A DNA stretch of 64,000 bases, taken from assembly GCA_965247115.1 (NCBI GenBank), contig CBDFGR010000002.1:704001-768000 (forward strand), in the 5' to 3' direction. Origin of the DNA: Myxococcota bacterium. Its GTDB lineage: Bacteria > Myxococcota_A > UBA9160 > SZUA-336. The notes below the pieces were generated by a model, which did not search any database, was not told the origin of the DNA, and saw only the letters and a list, made by a program, of their open reading frames with translations. Shown piece after piece: positions 39,024 to 48,660 of this stretch; position 1 is the first letter of the stretch, and the number at the start of each line of letters is the position of its first letter. The translations under genes and the position numbers were made by a program.

Positions 39024-39997
39024 TCCGCCCCCAGCAAGCGCCGCGAAAAGCGGCGCCAGCGGGCTTCACTCTGCTCGAGATCCTGATCACGATCGCCATC
39101 ATGTCAATGCTGATCACGGCAGCGGTGCAGGCCTTTCAGAGCATCACGCTTGCCGAAGAACGCGCTCACGCGGGCGTGGGTCGCGCGCGCTCCGCGCAGG
39201 TCCTGCTAGACCGCATGGAACGCGAGCTCGTCGGAACGGTCCTGGTGCCGCAGCTCGAGCAGGAGGAGCCCATCCCCCAACCCTACGTCTTCATGGCTTC
39301 GGACAGGACCACGCAGAACAGCGACTCGGACGCGGTCCGGTTCGTCACACTGACAGCGACCCGGACCCCCGGCTCGGCGCCGCCAAGCGGTCCGCGCGTC
39401 GTGACGTACGCCGTTCGTGAGGCGGAGCTCGATCTGCAGGACGAGCTCCATGAGAGCGGCCGACTCGAGCTGGTGCGGCAGGAGGACCCACTCTCCGACG
39501 TACCCGACCGCGAGATCATCATGCGCGACGGCCAGGTCGTCGCGGAAGACGTCGCCAGCTTCGGGCTCCGTTACAAGAGCGACAGTGAGGCCTGGCTCGA
39601 CGGCTGGGACTCGACGGATGCGTCGAGGCTGGACGAGGTGCCGCTCTCGGTAGAGGTGGCGGTGCGCCTCTGGGAGCAGAATCCGGACGGTGACTTCGTG
39701 CACGGCGAGGAATACAGCCGCACGATCGAGCTACCCCTGCGGCCGGCCGATTTCCTTCGACCAGAGGGAGATGAGGACGCGCAGGCCTGCGGCAAGACGG
39801 TCGAGCAGTGCTGGCGAGAGGACCTTCGCAACGCGGTCGACCTCATGAGCGCGATCGGCCGGCGTGCGCAGGACCTCTACGAGTCGATCCCGCCAGCGAC
39901 CTGCTGGAACTCCGACGACCCGGACCTGCTCTCTCTCAAGGCTGCGCTCGAGGAGCTCGAGGACGTCGATGACAACATCGGGAGCGCCTGCGAATGA
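39020..39997 (+). CDS. gspJ: Minor pseudopilin J with Cys-containing C-terminal extension
   Basis: G/FTLLE, WLDGWDS..P and gene order. Confidence 0.8.
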   Translation: MIRPQQAPRKAAPAGFTLLEILITIAIMSMLITAAVQAFQSITLAEERAHAGVGRARSAQVLLDRMERELVGTVLVPQLEQEEPIPQPYVFMASDRTTQNSDSDAVRFVTLTATRTPGSAPPSGPRVVTYAVREAELDLQDELHESGRLELVRQEDPLSDVPDREIIMRDGQVVAEDVASFGLRYKSDSEAWLDGWDSTDASRLDEVPLSVEVAVRLWEQNPDGDFVHGEEYSRTIELPLRPADFLRPEGDEDAQACGKTVEQCWREDLRNAVDLMSAIGRRAQDLYESIPPATCWNSDDPDLLSLKAALEELEDVDDNIGSACE

Positions 39998-41037
39998 GGC
40001 GAGACGGCCGCGAGCAAGGGGTCGTATTGTTGCTGGTGCTCGTCATCCTCGTGGCGTGCATCAGTACGGTCTACGCGTTCACGCGCACGACCACGCTGGA
40101 GGTGCTGAGCTCTCGCCACCGCAGCGAGCGCACGCGTGCAGAGCTGCTCGCGCGTTCCGGGGCACGCGTCGCCGAGCGCGCCCTGCTCGACGACCTTGAC
40201 TGGGGCGACGACCTGACGCGGCTGCTGGAGTCTGAGCGGGATGACTGGGCCCTGCTCACACGAGCACCGATCCAGGTGCCGGGTGGCGGCGAGCTCCGCA
40301 TTGGGATCGCGGATGCCGGCGCGCGCATCAACCTGAACGGCCTCATCGACGCCTCAGGGCAGGCCCACCTTCCGAGCAGGCCCTTCCTGGAGACGGCGCT
40401 CGAACGCATCATCGATTCGATGCCCGGCCGAGCGGAAGAGAAGCTCTACGACACCGATGCCATCTCGGTCGGAATCCTGGACTGGCTCGACACGGACGAT
40501 CAGACCGCGTCGTTCGGCGACAACGAGGCGCGTTTCTACGCTGGGATGGACCCCGACGCCATTCCGCTCGATCGCCCGCTCTTCTCTCTCGACGAGCTCG
40601 CCGGGGTGCCAGGTATGGATCGGTTGCTGGTCGAAGCGCTCAAAGACTACTTTACGGCCTACCCGATGTTTCCCGCCGTGGACAAGAGTGGGGTGAATCC
40701 CAACACAGCGCCCGCACACGTACTCGGCCTCGTGTACCACTACCAGGGCAACGCCAGCGAGGGTCGGCTCTTCGACCGAGACGACGTGTTCCGCATCCTC
40801 CGTTTCCGCGACGAGGAGCGCGTCTTCTGTCGCGATTCAGCCCTGGAGGGCTGCGAGAGCTTCCAGGAGCACATGGAGATCTTCGGCGATAGCGTCTTTC
40901 CGCCCTTTCAGTTCGCGAGCGACGTGTTCGAGATCAAGGTGGAGGCCAGCTACGGCGAGACCCGAGCCTGCGTCTCCCGCGTGATCGATCGCAGCGACGA
41001 CGAGGTCCGCACGCTCGCGTATCGGATCGAGTGCTGA
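39994..41037 (+). CDS. gspK: Minor pseudopilin K
   Basis: G/VVLLLVL, RINLN, DWLD.D and VNPNTAP motifs. Confidence 0.88.
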   Translation: MRRDGREQGVVLLLVLVILVACISTVYAFTRTTTLEVLSSRHRSERTRAELLARSGARVAERALLDDLDWGDDLTRLLESERDDWALLTRAPIQVPGGGELRIGIADAGARINLNGLIDASGQAHLPSRPFLETALERIIDSMPGRAEEKLYDTDAISVGILDWLDTDDQTASFGDNEARFYAGMDPDAIPLDRPLFSLDELAGVPGMDRLLVEALKDYFTAYPMFPAVDKSGVNPNTAPAHVLGLVYHYQGNASEGRLFDRDDVFRILRFRDEERVFCRDSALEGCESFQEHMEIFGDSVFPPFQFASDVFEIKVEASYGETRACVSRVIDRSDDEVRTLAYRIEC

Positions 41038-42590
41038 TGTTCGATCGCGTGATCCTCGGCCTGGATCTCGGCAGCTACTCGATCAAGGCGGTCGAGCTAC
41101 GCGCAGACCTGCGCAGCATGGAGTTCGTCCGCTTCGAGGAGCAGGTGCTCCCACGCTCGGCCTCGGGCGACGAGATTGAGGCCGCCGTCGAGTCCTTTCT
41201 GGCAGAACGCGAGCTACCGCTCGAGTGTGTGGTGGGGGCGCTTCCCACCGCGAGGGTGACGCAGCGGCATTTGCGCTTCCCCTTCAGCGGCAGCAGACGC
41301 GTGGCGCAGGCCGTCGACTTCCAGATCCACGAGGAAATCGCCTTCCCGCTCGAGGATACGATCCGCGCGCACGAGCAGGTGAGGCTGGCAGGTGACCAGA
41401 CCGAGGTGCTCGTAGTGATCGCGCAGCGCGAGGAGGTGCGCGCGTACCTCGACACGTTGCACCGAGTGCGTGCGGAGCCCCGCATCGTCGACGTGGAAGG
41501 AGCGGTGCTCGCAAACCTCTCCTGGCAGCTGGAAGACCCGAAGCGGGGTCGCGTCATCCTCGACGTCGGCCACAGCAAGTCGAACCTCGTCCTGCTCGCC
41601 GGGGGACGCCCCATCCTGTTGCGGAGAATCCCGGTCGCCGGCCGCCACTTCACAGAAGCGATCGCAGAAGACCGAAACCAGAGCATCGAGGATGCCCAGG
41701 CCCACAAGCACGAATACGGCGTATTCGAGGTCGGGAGCACCAAGCCCGCCTCCCAGCTGCTGGATGCTGCGCTAGAGCGGCTCGCCCGCGAGACGCTCCG
41801 CTCGCTTCAATCTCACGTGGTCGACCCTGGAGACCCCGCCTCTCCGTCGCAGCTCCTGGTCGTCGGTGGCTCGGCCCAGCTCACGGGGCTGTCCGCGTTC
41901 TTGTCGGAACGCACGGATCTCGAGCCAGCCGAGCCCCCGCTCGACGACGGACCTCGCCTCGACGCGGACCCATCTCGTTTCGCACAAGCCGCCGCGCTGG
42001 CGGTGCGCGGCGCCGGTCGTAGAGCCACGACCCAGATCAACTTCCGGCGCGGCGAGTTCGCGTACGCCAAGGACCTGTCCGCGCTGAGGCGGCAGCTTCA
42101 GCTCACGCTCGCCCTGTTCGCTCTCGTGCTCGCACTCTGGCTGGCGAGCACCGTCTCGAAGATGATCATGAATGAGTCGCAGGTCGACCGACTGCAGCAG
42201 ACCATCTTCTCGATCCACCGCGAGACCTTCCCGACCTCTCGCGCTACCGGAAACTTCATGCAGGCGATGGAGACGGAGTACGGTCGTGCCCGCGAGCTGG
42301 CCGACCATCTTGGCGTGACGGGTCGCGGTCTCACGATCCTGGATGCCTTGGGCGAGATCTCGACGCGCGTGCCGCCGGCCCTCGACATCACGTTCGACGA
42401 GCTCAGGATCGACAGCAAGAACATCACCGGCCGCGGCCATACGCCGGACTTCGTCTCGGCCGATCAGCTGCGCAGAGAGCTCTCGCAGATCGACGGCTTC
42501 GGAAGGGTGCTCGTCTCGGACGTGGCGACCGACTCGCGCAGGGGGGGCAAGAGCTTCACACTGAAGATCCGCCTCGAGGAGGGATCGTGA
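41037..42590 (+). CDS. gspL: GspL of PilM/PilN-like architecture
   Basis: Actin-like GLDLGSYSIK, LDVGH and VGGSA motifs, then INFR, TM and periplasmic domain. Confidence 0.82.
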   Translation: MFDRVILGLDLGSYSIKAVELRADLRSMEFVRFEEQVLPRSASGDEIEAAVESFLAERELPLECVVGALPTARVTQRHLRFPFSGSRRVAQAVDFQIHEEIAFPLEDTIRAHEQVRLAGDQTEVLVVIAQREEVRAYLDTLHRVRAEPRIVDVEGAVLANLSWQLEDPKRGRVILDVGHSKSNLVLLAGGRPILLRRIPVAGRHFTEAIAEDRNQSIEDAQAHKHEYGVFEVGSTKPASQLLDAALERLARETLRSLQSHVVDPGDPASPSQLLVVGGSAQLTGLSAFLSERTDLEPAEPPLDDGPRLDADPSRFAQAAALAVRGAGRRATTQINFRRGEFAYAKDLSALRRQLQLTLALFALVLALWLASTVSKMIMNESQVDRLQQTIFSIHRETFPTSRATGNFMQAMETEYGRARELADHLGVTGRGLTILDALGEISTRVPPALDITFDELRIDSKNITGRGHTPDFVSADQLRRELSQIDGFGRVLVSDVATDSRRGGKSFTLKIRLEEGS

Positions 42591-43144
42591 ACTCGTTCCT
42601 CACACCGCTCCGGACGTACCTGGCGGGACTCTCGCCCCGCGAGAGCTGGCTGCTCATCCTGGGGGTCTGTCTCCTGGGCGCCATCGTCTTCGACCTGTTC
42701 CTGATCCGTCCGATGAGCGCCCGCGCCGAGCTGGCCGAAGCAAAGACCGTGCAGCTGGAGCGAGACGTGGCGCGGGCGCTGCGCATCGCAGGCGAGGTCC
42801 GCTTGCTGCAGGGAGAGCTCGTTAGCGTCGAGAAGCGGATCCGATCGGGCGAGCGGACGAACCTTCTCTCCGAGCTGGAGAAGCTGGCGGCGGATGCCGC
42901 GATCGGCGACGGGCAGCTCGAGTCGATCAAGGAGCGCGGGGCGTCTGCCAACCCACGCTACCCCGAGACGCGCGTAGAGGTCTCGTTGAAGGGGACGACC
43001 GTGCAGCAGACGGTGGACTACCTGTACCGGATCGAGACGGCCCCCATACTGCTGATCATCCGCTCGCTACGGGTGAAGGCCCGCGGCGGGGACGAGCAGC
43101 TGGTCGACGTGCAGTTCTCGGTCTCGACCTTCGAGCGCACCTAG
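42587..43144 (+). CDS. gspM: Type II secretion protein M
   Basis: LSPRE plus TM and ferredoxin-like C-terminus; gene order. Confidence 0.8.
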   Translation: MNSFLTPLRTYLAGLSPRESWLLILGVCLLGAIVFDLFLIRPMSARAELAEAKTVQLERDVARALRIAGEVRLLQGELVSVEKRIRSGERTNLLSELEKLAADAAIGDGQLESIKERGASANPRYPETRVEVSLKGTTVQQTVDYLYRIETAPILLIIRSLRVKARGGDEQLVDVQFSVSTFERT

Positions 43145-43155
43145 CGGCGCTCGCC

Positions 43156-43845
43156 ATGAGTGCCGCAAGTCCCACCCGGGGACTCCTCATCGATGCCGTG
43201 GGTACGCTGATCCGGCTGCGAGAGCCGCCGGGAGCCGTGTACACGCGCATCGCGATGCGACATGGCGTCGAGCGCGAGCAGGGCGATGTCGCTGCCCGCC
43301 TGGGCGAGCAGCGCATCACTCCCCCTCCGCTCGACGGAGTTCCGCTGGCTGATGTTCCGGGGCGCGAGAGAGCGGCCTGGCGCGAGATCGTTCGGGGGGC
43401 CCTCGGAAGCGTCGCTGCGGATGGACCCTGCTTTGCGGAGCTGTTCGATTTCTACGCGGGCCACGCTGCCTGGGTGGTCGAGGAGGGAGCCCCGAAGGCC
43501 CTCCTCCGGGCACGCAACCAGGGCTTTCGCGTGGGAGTGGTCTCGAACATGGATTCTCGCCTGCAGGGTCTTGTGCGGGAGCTCGGCCTTGCACCGGCGC
43601 TCGATGCAATCGTGCTTCCGTCGAACACGGGCCTCGCGAAGCCCGACCCACGAATCTTCCAGGTCGCGCTCGAGCGTCTGGGGAGCGCGGCGGGCCTGGC
43701 GCTCTACATCGGAGACCGCGAGAAGGACTGCGTCGCTGCCGCTCGCGCATCCGGCCTGCGCGGGCTGCGCTATGCACGCGGAGAAGCCTCGTCGGACCCC
43801 ACGCTGCTGACGGACTGGCGCATGCTGCAGGCTCACCTGACCTGA
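43156..43845 (+). CDS. HAD-superfamily hydrolase (REG-2/HDHD3-like)
   Basis: DAVGTL, VSN, KPDPRIF and GD..D motifs. Confidence 0.88.
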   Translation: MSAASPTRGLLIDAVGTLIRLREPPGAVYTRIAMRHGVEREQGDVAARLGEQRITPPPLDGVPLADVPGRERAAWREIVRGALGSVAADGPCFAELFDFYAGHAAWVVEEGAPKALLRARNQGFRVGVVSNMDSRLQGLVRELGLAPALDAIVLPSNTGLAKPDPRIFQVALERLGSAAGLALYIGDREKDCVAAARASGLRGLRYARGEASSDPTLLTDWRMLQAHLT

Positions 43846-43857
43846 TACCCTGCTGGC

Positions 43858-44724
43858 ATGGACTCCATGCAGGGCATGAAGCTGCCCGACAGCGAGCGCT
43901 GGTCACCCCGCGTCGTCGTGGTGCGAGGGTTGAATCCGGGACCCTTTACCGGGCCCGGCACGAACACCTACCTCCTGGGGACGGGAGCCGAGCGGCTACT
44001 ACTGGACACAGGCTCCGGGGTGAGCGGCTATCTCGAGCTGCTGGAAACAGCGCTCCAGGAGATCTGCGACGACGCGCGGCTCGGCGAGATCCTCGTAACG
44101 CACACGCACCCCGATCACCTGGGCGGCGCGCCTGGCGTGCTCGAGCGTTTCGGCGAGCGCAGCGTCTCGAAAATGCCCTGGCCCGAGCGCGATCGGCACG
44201 TGTCGGTAGAGATCGTGCCGATCGGCGACGGGGACCGCTTCGAAACCGACGGGGTCACGCTGCGAGCGCTCCACACTCCCGGTCACGCGCAGGATCACCT
44301 CTGCTACTACCTGGAGGAGGAGCGCGCGCTCTTCACCGGTGATGTTGTGCTGGGCGCGGGAACCACCGTCATCCCGCTCGATGGCGGAGACATGGCGCTC
44401 TACATGGACACGCTCCGACGAATGCTGGACCTAGATCTGGAACGTATCTATCCGGGTCATGGACCGTACATCTCGAAGCCCAAGGAGAAGATCCAGGAGT
44501 ACATTGACCACCGGCTCGAGCGCGAGCAGCAGATCGTAGCGGCCGCAGCGAGCGGAGCCTCGACGGTCGAGCAGATGGTGGAGCTGATCTACACAGACAC
44601 GCCCCGCTACCTGTATCCCGCGGCCGGACAGTCCGTTCTGTCGCACCTGCTCAAGCTGCAGGTGGAGCGGCGGGCTTCGCGCACGACCGATGCAGGGGGC
44701 GAAGAACACTGGGCCATTGCCTGA
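43858..44724 (+). CDS. MBL-fold hydrolase (LACTB2-like, C-terminal winged helix)
   Basis: NPGPFTGPGTNTY, THTHPDH, TPGHAQDH and PGHG motifs. Confidence 0.9.
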   Translation: MDSMQGMKLPDSERWSPRVVVVRGLNPGPFTGPGTNTYLLGTGAERLLLDTGSGVSGYLELLETALQEICDDARLGEILVTHTHPDHLGGAPGVLERFGERSVSKMPWPERDRHVSVEIVPIGDGDRFETDGVTLRALHTPGHAQDHLCYYLEEERALFTGDVVLGAGTTVIPLDGGDMALYMDTLRRMLDLDLERIYPGHGPYISKPKEKIQEYIDHRLEREQQIVAAAASGASTVEQMVELIYTDTPRYLYPAAGQSVLSHLLKLQVERRASRTTDAGGEEHWAIA

Positions 44725-45442
44725 GCCGAACCTCCCGGACGCGATCCTCCTCGAGCAGCTCGGCTCGACCGACCGAAGCAGACAGCGCAGCGCCTGCTCA
44801 GCCCTCGCCGAACGCCTTGGCGAGCGCCCCGAGCTCAGAGAGGCTCTCCTGTCGACCGTTCGCGAGGGGACTCCACTCGCGCGCTTTGCCGCCGCCTTCG
44901 TTCTCTTCGGAGCCGAGCGCCCGACCCTGCGGCTGCTGCCTGCGCTGCTCGATGCGCTCGAGCTCGAGGACGGCGATATTCGCTGGCAGGCGACACACAT
45001 GCTCGCCACGCTGGGCCACCTGCAGGGGGAGGTGCTCCCCGTGGTTGTGCACGAGGCCAGGAACGCGCCGAGTCCCCTTCGGCGCCGCATGGCGCTCTAC
45101 ACGCTCCGCGAGCTCGCGCCAGATCGGGAGGAGACCGCGGCGGCCTGCGCGGACGCCCTCGACGATCCCATTGCGGAGGTGCGGCGCGCCGCACTCACCT
45201 GTTTCGGAAAGCTCAGCGGCGCCGGACGCGAGGCGTTGGAGCGCGTGCTCGGGATCGCGACCAGCCACTCCGACCCTCGCATGCAGAGCCTCGCGGCAGT
45301 CGCGCTGCCAAACCTGCTCCGCGCTCACCCCGAGGCGGGTCCAGCCGTGAGGGAGCTGTTGCGCGGACTCAGCCGCTCCGACCAGCCTTCCGTGGCGCGC
45401 GCCGGCGTCCAGGCTCAGGGGCGACTCGACGAGAACAGTTGA
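44717..45442 (+). CDS. HEAT-repeat protein
   Basis: Repeats such as DGDIRWQA and DDPIAEVRRAA. Confidence 0.72.
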   Translation: MPEPNLPDAILLEQLGSTDRSRQRSACSALAERLGERPELREALLSTVREGTPLARFAAAFVLFGAERPTLRLLPALLDALELEDGDIRWQATHMLATLGHLQGEVLPVVVHEARNAPSPLRRRMALYTLRELAPDREETAAACADALDDPIAEVRRAALTCFGKLSGAGREALERVLGIATSHSDPRMQSLAAVALPNLLRAHPEAGPAVRELLRGLSRSDQPSVARAGVQAQGRLDENS

Positions 45443-45472
45443 ATTCCGCCCGGAAGGGTTCGAGTATCTGAG

Positions 45473-46066
45473 TTGGCAATGGGAGACGTTGCACCCAGAC
45501 TCGTGCTCGCAAGCTCTTCGCCGCGACGGTACGACTTGCTGAGCTCGGAGGGCTTCGAATTTCTCGTCGCCGAGCCGAACGTGGACGAGTCGGCCCCGGC
45601 GAGCGAGCTTCCCGAGCGGACGGCCGCGCGCCTCGCTCTCACGAAGGCCCGCTCCGTGGCGGAGCGAGTGGGCCCCGAGAGCTGCGTGCTGGCCGCAGAC
45701 ACCATCGTCGTGGTGGACGACCACGTCATGGGAAAGCCGCGGGATGAGGAAGAGGCAATCCACATGCTGCTGCGCCTCGCGGGCCGAACCCATCGCGTAA
45801 TCACCGGCTACGTCGCGCTGCTGGACGGGAGCCCGGCAGAGTCGGGCGTGGAGGTGAGCCGGGTGCGCATGCGCACGGTGACCAGCGAAGAAGCGCGCGC
45901 CTATGCGGCGACGGGTGAGCCGCTCGACAAGGCCGGCGCCTACGCGGTACAGGGAGTCGGCGGGCGCTTCGTGGAACACATCGACGGATCGCGCTCCAAC
46001 GTGATCGGCCTCCCGCTCGAGGTCGTGGTCCCAGCACTACGGCGACTCGGCGTGGACCCGACATGA
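45473..46066 (+). CDS. maf: Maf nucleotide pyrophosphatase
   Basis: LASSSPRR, ADT, DKAGAY and NVIGLP motifs. Confidence 0.95.
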   Translation: MAMGDVAPRLVLASSSPRRYDLLSSEGFEFLVAEPNVDESAPASELPERTAARLALTKARSVAERVGPESCVLAADTIVVVDDHVMGKPRDEEEAIHMLLRLAGRTHRVITGYVALLDGSPAESGVEVSRVRMRTVTSEEARAYAATGEPLDKAGAYAVQGVGGRFVEHIDGSRSNVIGLPLEVVVPALRRLGVDPT

Positions 46067-46770
46067 GTGGGATCGGCGCGCGAGCCGAGGCGCTGCGCAA
46101 ACGGATCGAGACGGCCGCGCGTGAGGCGGGCCGCGATCCTGCGGACGTTCAGCTGCTGGCAATCTCCAAGACCTTTCCCGCCGAGCGGGTGCTCGAGGCG
46201 AGCGCGGCCGGCCTGCGGTCGTTCGGTGAGAACCGCGTGCAGGAAGCAGAGAACAAGATCCTCGAGGTTCGGGCCGCGGCGAAACCGCGCCTGGACTGGC
46301 ATCTGGTGGGTCAGCTCCAGCGCAACAAGGCACAACGCGCCGTCGAGCTCTTCGACTGGATCCACTCCGTCGATCGCCCGGCGCTCGCGACCGCGCTCGA
46401 ACGGCACGCGGAAAGGTTGCAGCGGCGACCGCGGGTCTTCCTCCAAGTGAACGTGGACGAGGAGGAGCAGAAGGCCGGCGTGGCCCCGAACGAGCTGGCG
46501 CAGCTGGCCGAGCACGTCGACGCCATGGCCCACCTGGAGCTGGTCGGGCTCATGGCCATTCCGCAGGCGTGCGACGATCCCGAGCAGGTGCGACCCTCCT
46601 TCGCGCGACTGCGCGAGCTGCTGCAGCAGCTGAACCAGGGCCGCGCGGAGGAAGCCCGCTTGACCGAGCTCTCCATGGGCATGTCCGCGGACTTCGAGGC
46701 GGCGATCCGCGAGGGAGCCACCTGGGTTCGGGTCGGCAGCGCCATCTTCGGGGAGAGGGTACAGAGATGA
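46063..46770 (+). CDS. yggS: PLP homeostasis protein
   Basis: AISKT, FGENRVQE, LSMGMS and RVGSAIFG motifs. Confidence 0.95.
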   Translation: MSGIGARAEALRKRIETAAREAGRDPADVQLLAISKTFPAERVLEASAAGLRSFGENRVQEAENKILEVRAAAKPRLDWHLVGQLQRNKAQRAVELFDWIHSVDRPALATALERHAERLQRRPRVFLQVNVDEEEQKAGVAPNELAQLAEHVDAMAHLELVGLMAIPQACDDPEQVRPSFARLRELLQQLNQGRAEEARLTELSMGMSADFEAAIREGATWVRVGSAIFGERVQR

Positions 46771-47579
46771 GCCGTCTGCCGGAGTCTGTCGGGACGATCG
46801 GAGGGGGGAACATGGCCGAGGCCCTGTTGCGCGGGCTGCTGCGTGCGGGAATGAAGCCGACACAGCTCTGCGCTTCCGATCCCGTTGCCGCGCGGCGCAA
46901 CCTGCTGAACGACGCGCTCGCCGTGCGCATCACGGAAGACAACCTCGAGCTTGCCAGCAGCTGCGAGGTCGTGGTGCTCGCCGTCAAGCCCGACGTCGTC
47001 GACGCCGCGGTTCGGGGGCTCCCGGCCGAGGGCGGGCCGCTCTTCGTCTCGATCGTGGCCGGACGCTCCACCGCCAGCCTGCGCGCGGTACTTCCGCGCG
47101 GAGCCCGAGTCGTTCGCGCCATGCCCAACACTCCGGCCCTCGTCTCCGCCGGCATCAGCGCCCTGGCGGACGACTCGGGCGCCAGCGGGGAGGATCTCGA
47201 GCGCGCCGAAGGTGTCCTGGGCGCGATAGGTCGCGTGCTCCGCCTTCCCGAGACGTGCATGGACGCTGTGACGGGACTCTCTGGCTCTGGGCCAGCCTAC
47301 GTGTACGAGTTTGTCGAGGCTCTGAGCGAAGCGGGCGTCCGCGAGGGCCTGCCCGTCGCAGCAGCTCGGGAGCTGGCGCTGGAGACGGTGCTTGGCGCAG
47401 CGCAGCTCGTGAAGGAGTCGGGCGAGCACACCGCTGTGCTCAGGGACAGGGTCACGTCTCCTGGCGGCACGACCGTCGCGGGTCTCGCCGCGCTCGAGCA
47501 AGCGGGCTTCCGGGCGGCGCTACTGGCGGCCGTTCGCGCCGCGACCGCGCGCTCGAGAGAGCTCGCCGGCGATTCCTGA
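46767..47579 (+). CDS. proC: Pyrroline-5-carboxylate reductase
   Basis: GGGNMA, AVKP, MPNTP, SGSGPAY and SPGGTT motifs. Confidence 0.95.
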   Translation: MSRLPESVGTIGGGNMAEALLRGLLRAGMKPTQLCASDPVAARRNLLNDALAVRITEDNLELASSCEVVVLAVKPDVVDAAVRGLPAEGGPLFVSIVAGRSTASLRAVLPRGARVVRAMPNTPALVSAGISALADDSGASGEDLERAEGVLGAIGRVLRLPETCMDAVTGLSGSGPAYVYEFVEALSEAGVREGLPVAAARELALETVLGAAQLVKESGEHTAVLRDRVTSPGGTTVAGLAALEQAGFRAALLAAVRAATARSRELAGDS

Positions 47580-47625
47580 AAGCGCTCAAGCCCCGCCCGC
47601 TTCAGGCCGATCCTGCCTGCCAGAG

Positions 47626-48138
47626 ATGCGTCTCACACCTATCGAGATCCGCCGCCACCAGTTCAAGTCCCGGCTGCGGGGCTTCGATCGCGCCGAGGTC
47701 GAGGCCTTCCTCGACACCGTGGTGGCCGATTTCGAGGAGGTGGTGCGGGAGAACGCGCAGCTGCAACGCGAGTCCGAACGGCTCGCCCGCGAGCTCGACA
47801 CCTACCAGAGCCGTGAGAAGACGATTCAGGAGACACTGACCACCGCTCAGGGAATCGTGGAGCAGATCAAGCGAACCGCCTCCAAGGAGGCCGAGTCCAT
47901 CGTGGTCGAGGCGGAGCTGCGTGCGGAGAAGCTGCTCCGGGACACCCGCGATCGCCGCGCCGAGCTATCCCACGAGGTAACCGAGCTCCGCCACCTCCGT
48001 ACCCGCCTGGACACGGACCTCCGCAAAACGCTCGACACCTACACCCGCATGATCGAAGCCTTCCGCGACTCCCGCCGCCCCAAGGCCACAAGACCCCCCA
48101 CTCCCGCCAACCGCCCACGGCGCGCCCCGGAAACCTGA
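47626..48138 (+). CDS. divIVA: DivIVA domain protein
   Basis: LTPIEI...F...RGFD..EVEAFL followed by coiled coil. Confidence 0.9.
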   Translation: MRLTPIEIRRHQFKSRLRGFDRAEVEAFLDTVVADFEEVVRENAQLQRESERLARELDTYQSREKTIQETLTTAQGIVEQIKRTASKEAESIVVEAELRAEKLLRDTRDRRAELSHEVTELRHLRTRLDTDLRKTLDTYTRMIEAFRDSRRPKATRPPTPANRPRRAPET

Positions 48139-48186
48139 TTCCTGCCCGGGGCGTTTCCCGCTCCCCGACGGCGCGGGGGAGTCGAA

Positions 48187-48215
48187 TTGACTCACCCCAC
48201 TCTCGGGCTTACTCT
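48187..48215 (+). promoter_or_regulatory. Sigma70-type promoter TTGACT-N17-TACTCT for the fmdB-folD-gcv run
   Basis: Spacing is exactly 17 bp; 40 bp upstream of the ATG at 48256. Confidence 0.55.
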
Positions 48216-48255
48216 GCCGCCCCGGTCTGAGTAGCCCCCCGGAGTTCCCCACCTC

Positions 48256-48612
48256 ATGCCCACGTACGAATACGAGTGCACCAAAGGTCATCAGTTCGAG
48301 GTCGAGCAACGGATTACGGACGAGCCCCTAACCCGTTGCCAGTCTTGCCGTTCCAAGGTGACGCGTTTGATCTCGGCCAGCACCTTCATCCTCAAGGGTG
48401 GAGGCTGGTACGCAGACGGCTACGGTACGTCGAAAGCCAAGGGGAGCGAGTCCGGTGAGTCGTCCTCCTCGAGCCCAAGCTCGAGCTCGTCAGACAGCAC
48501 GTCGACTTCCTCCGACAGCTCCACGAGCTCCTCCGACAGCTCGCCGAGCTCCTCCGACAGCTCCACGAGCTCGTCCGGTACCGCTAGCGGGTCCTCCACC
48601 AACGAGTCGTAG
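48256..48612 (+). CDS. FmdB-family zinc ribbon protein with Ser-rich tail
   Basis: MPTYEYEC..GH.FE, CxxC and FILKGGGWY motifs. Confidence 0.9.
   Translation: MPTYEYECTKGHQFEVEQRITDEPLTRCQSCRSKVTRLISASTFILKGGGWYADGYGTSKAKGSESGESSSSSPSSSSSDSTSTSSDSSTSSSDSSPSSSDSSTSSSGTASGSSTNES
48511..48573 (+). repeat. 21-bp coding tandem repeat, about 3 copies (SDSSTSS)
   Basis: TCCGACAGCTC(CA/GC)CGAGCTC(C/G) at 48511, 48532 and 48553. Confidence 0.8.
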
Positions 48613-48660
48613 GACACGCTCCGGCTACAATCCCCACAGCAGCTCGGGAGGTCGCGGGGG

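Noticed and set aside
31193..43144. Type IV pilus operon, because of the PilM-like gene
   Set aside because: The C-D-E-F-G-H-I-J-K-L-M order and GspG/GspK motifs indicate a T2SS; no pilT is present.
48139..48660. Glycine riboswitch upstream of folD-gcv
   Set aside because: No paired GGAGA...CCGAAG aptamer pattern seen, and the intergenic spaces are short.
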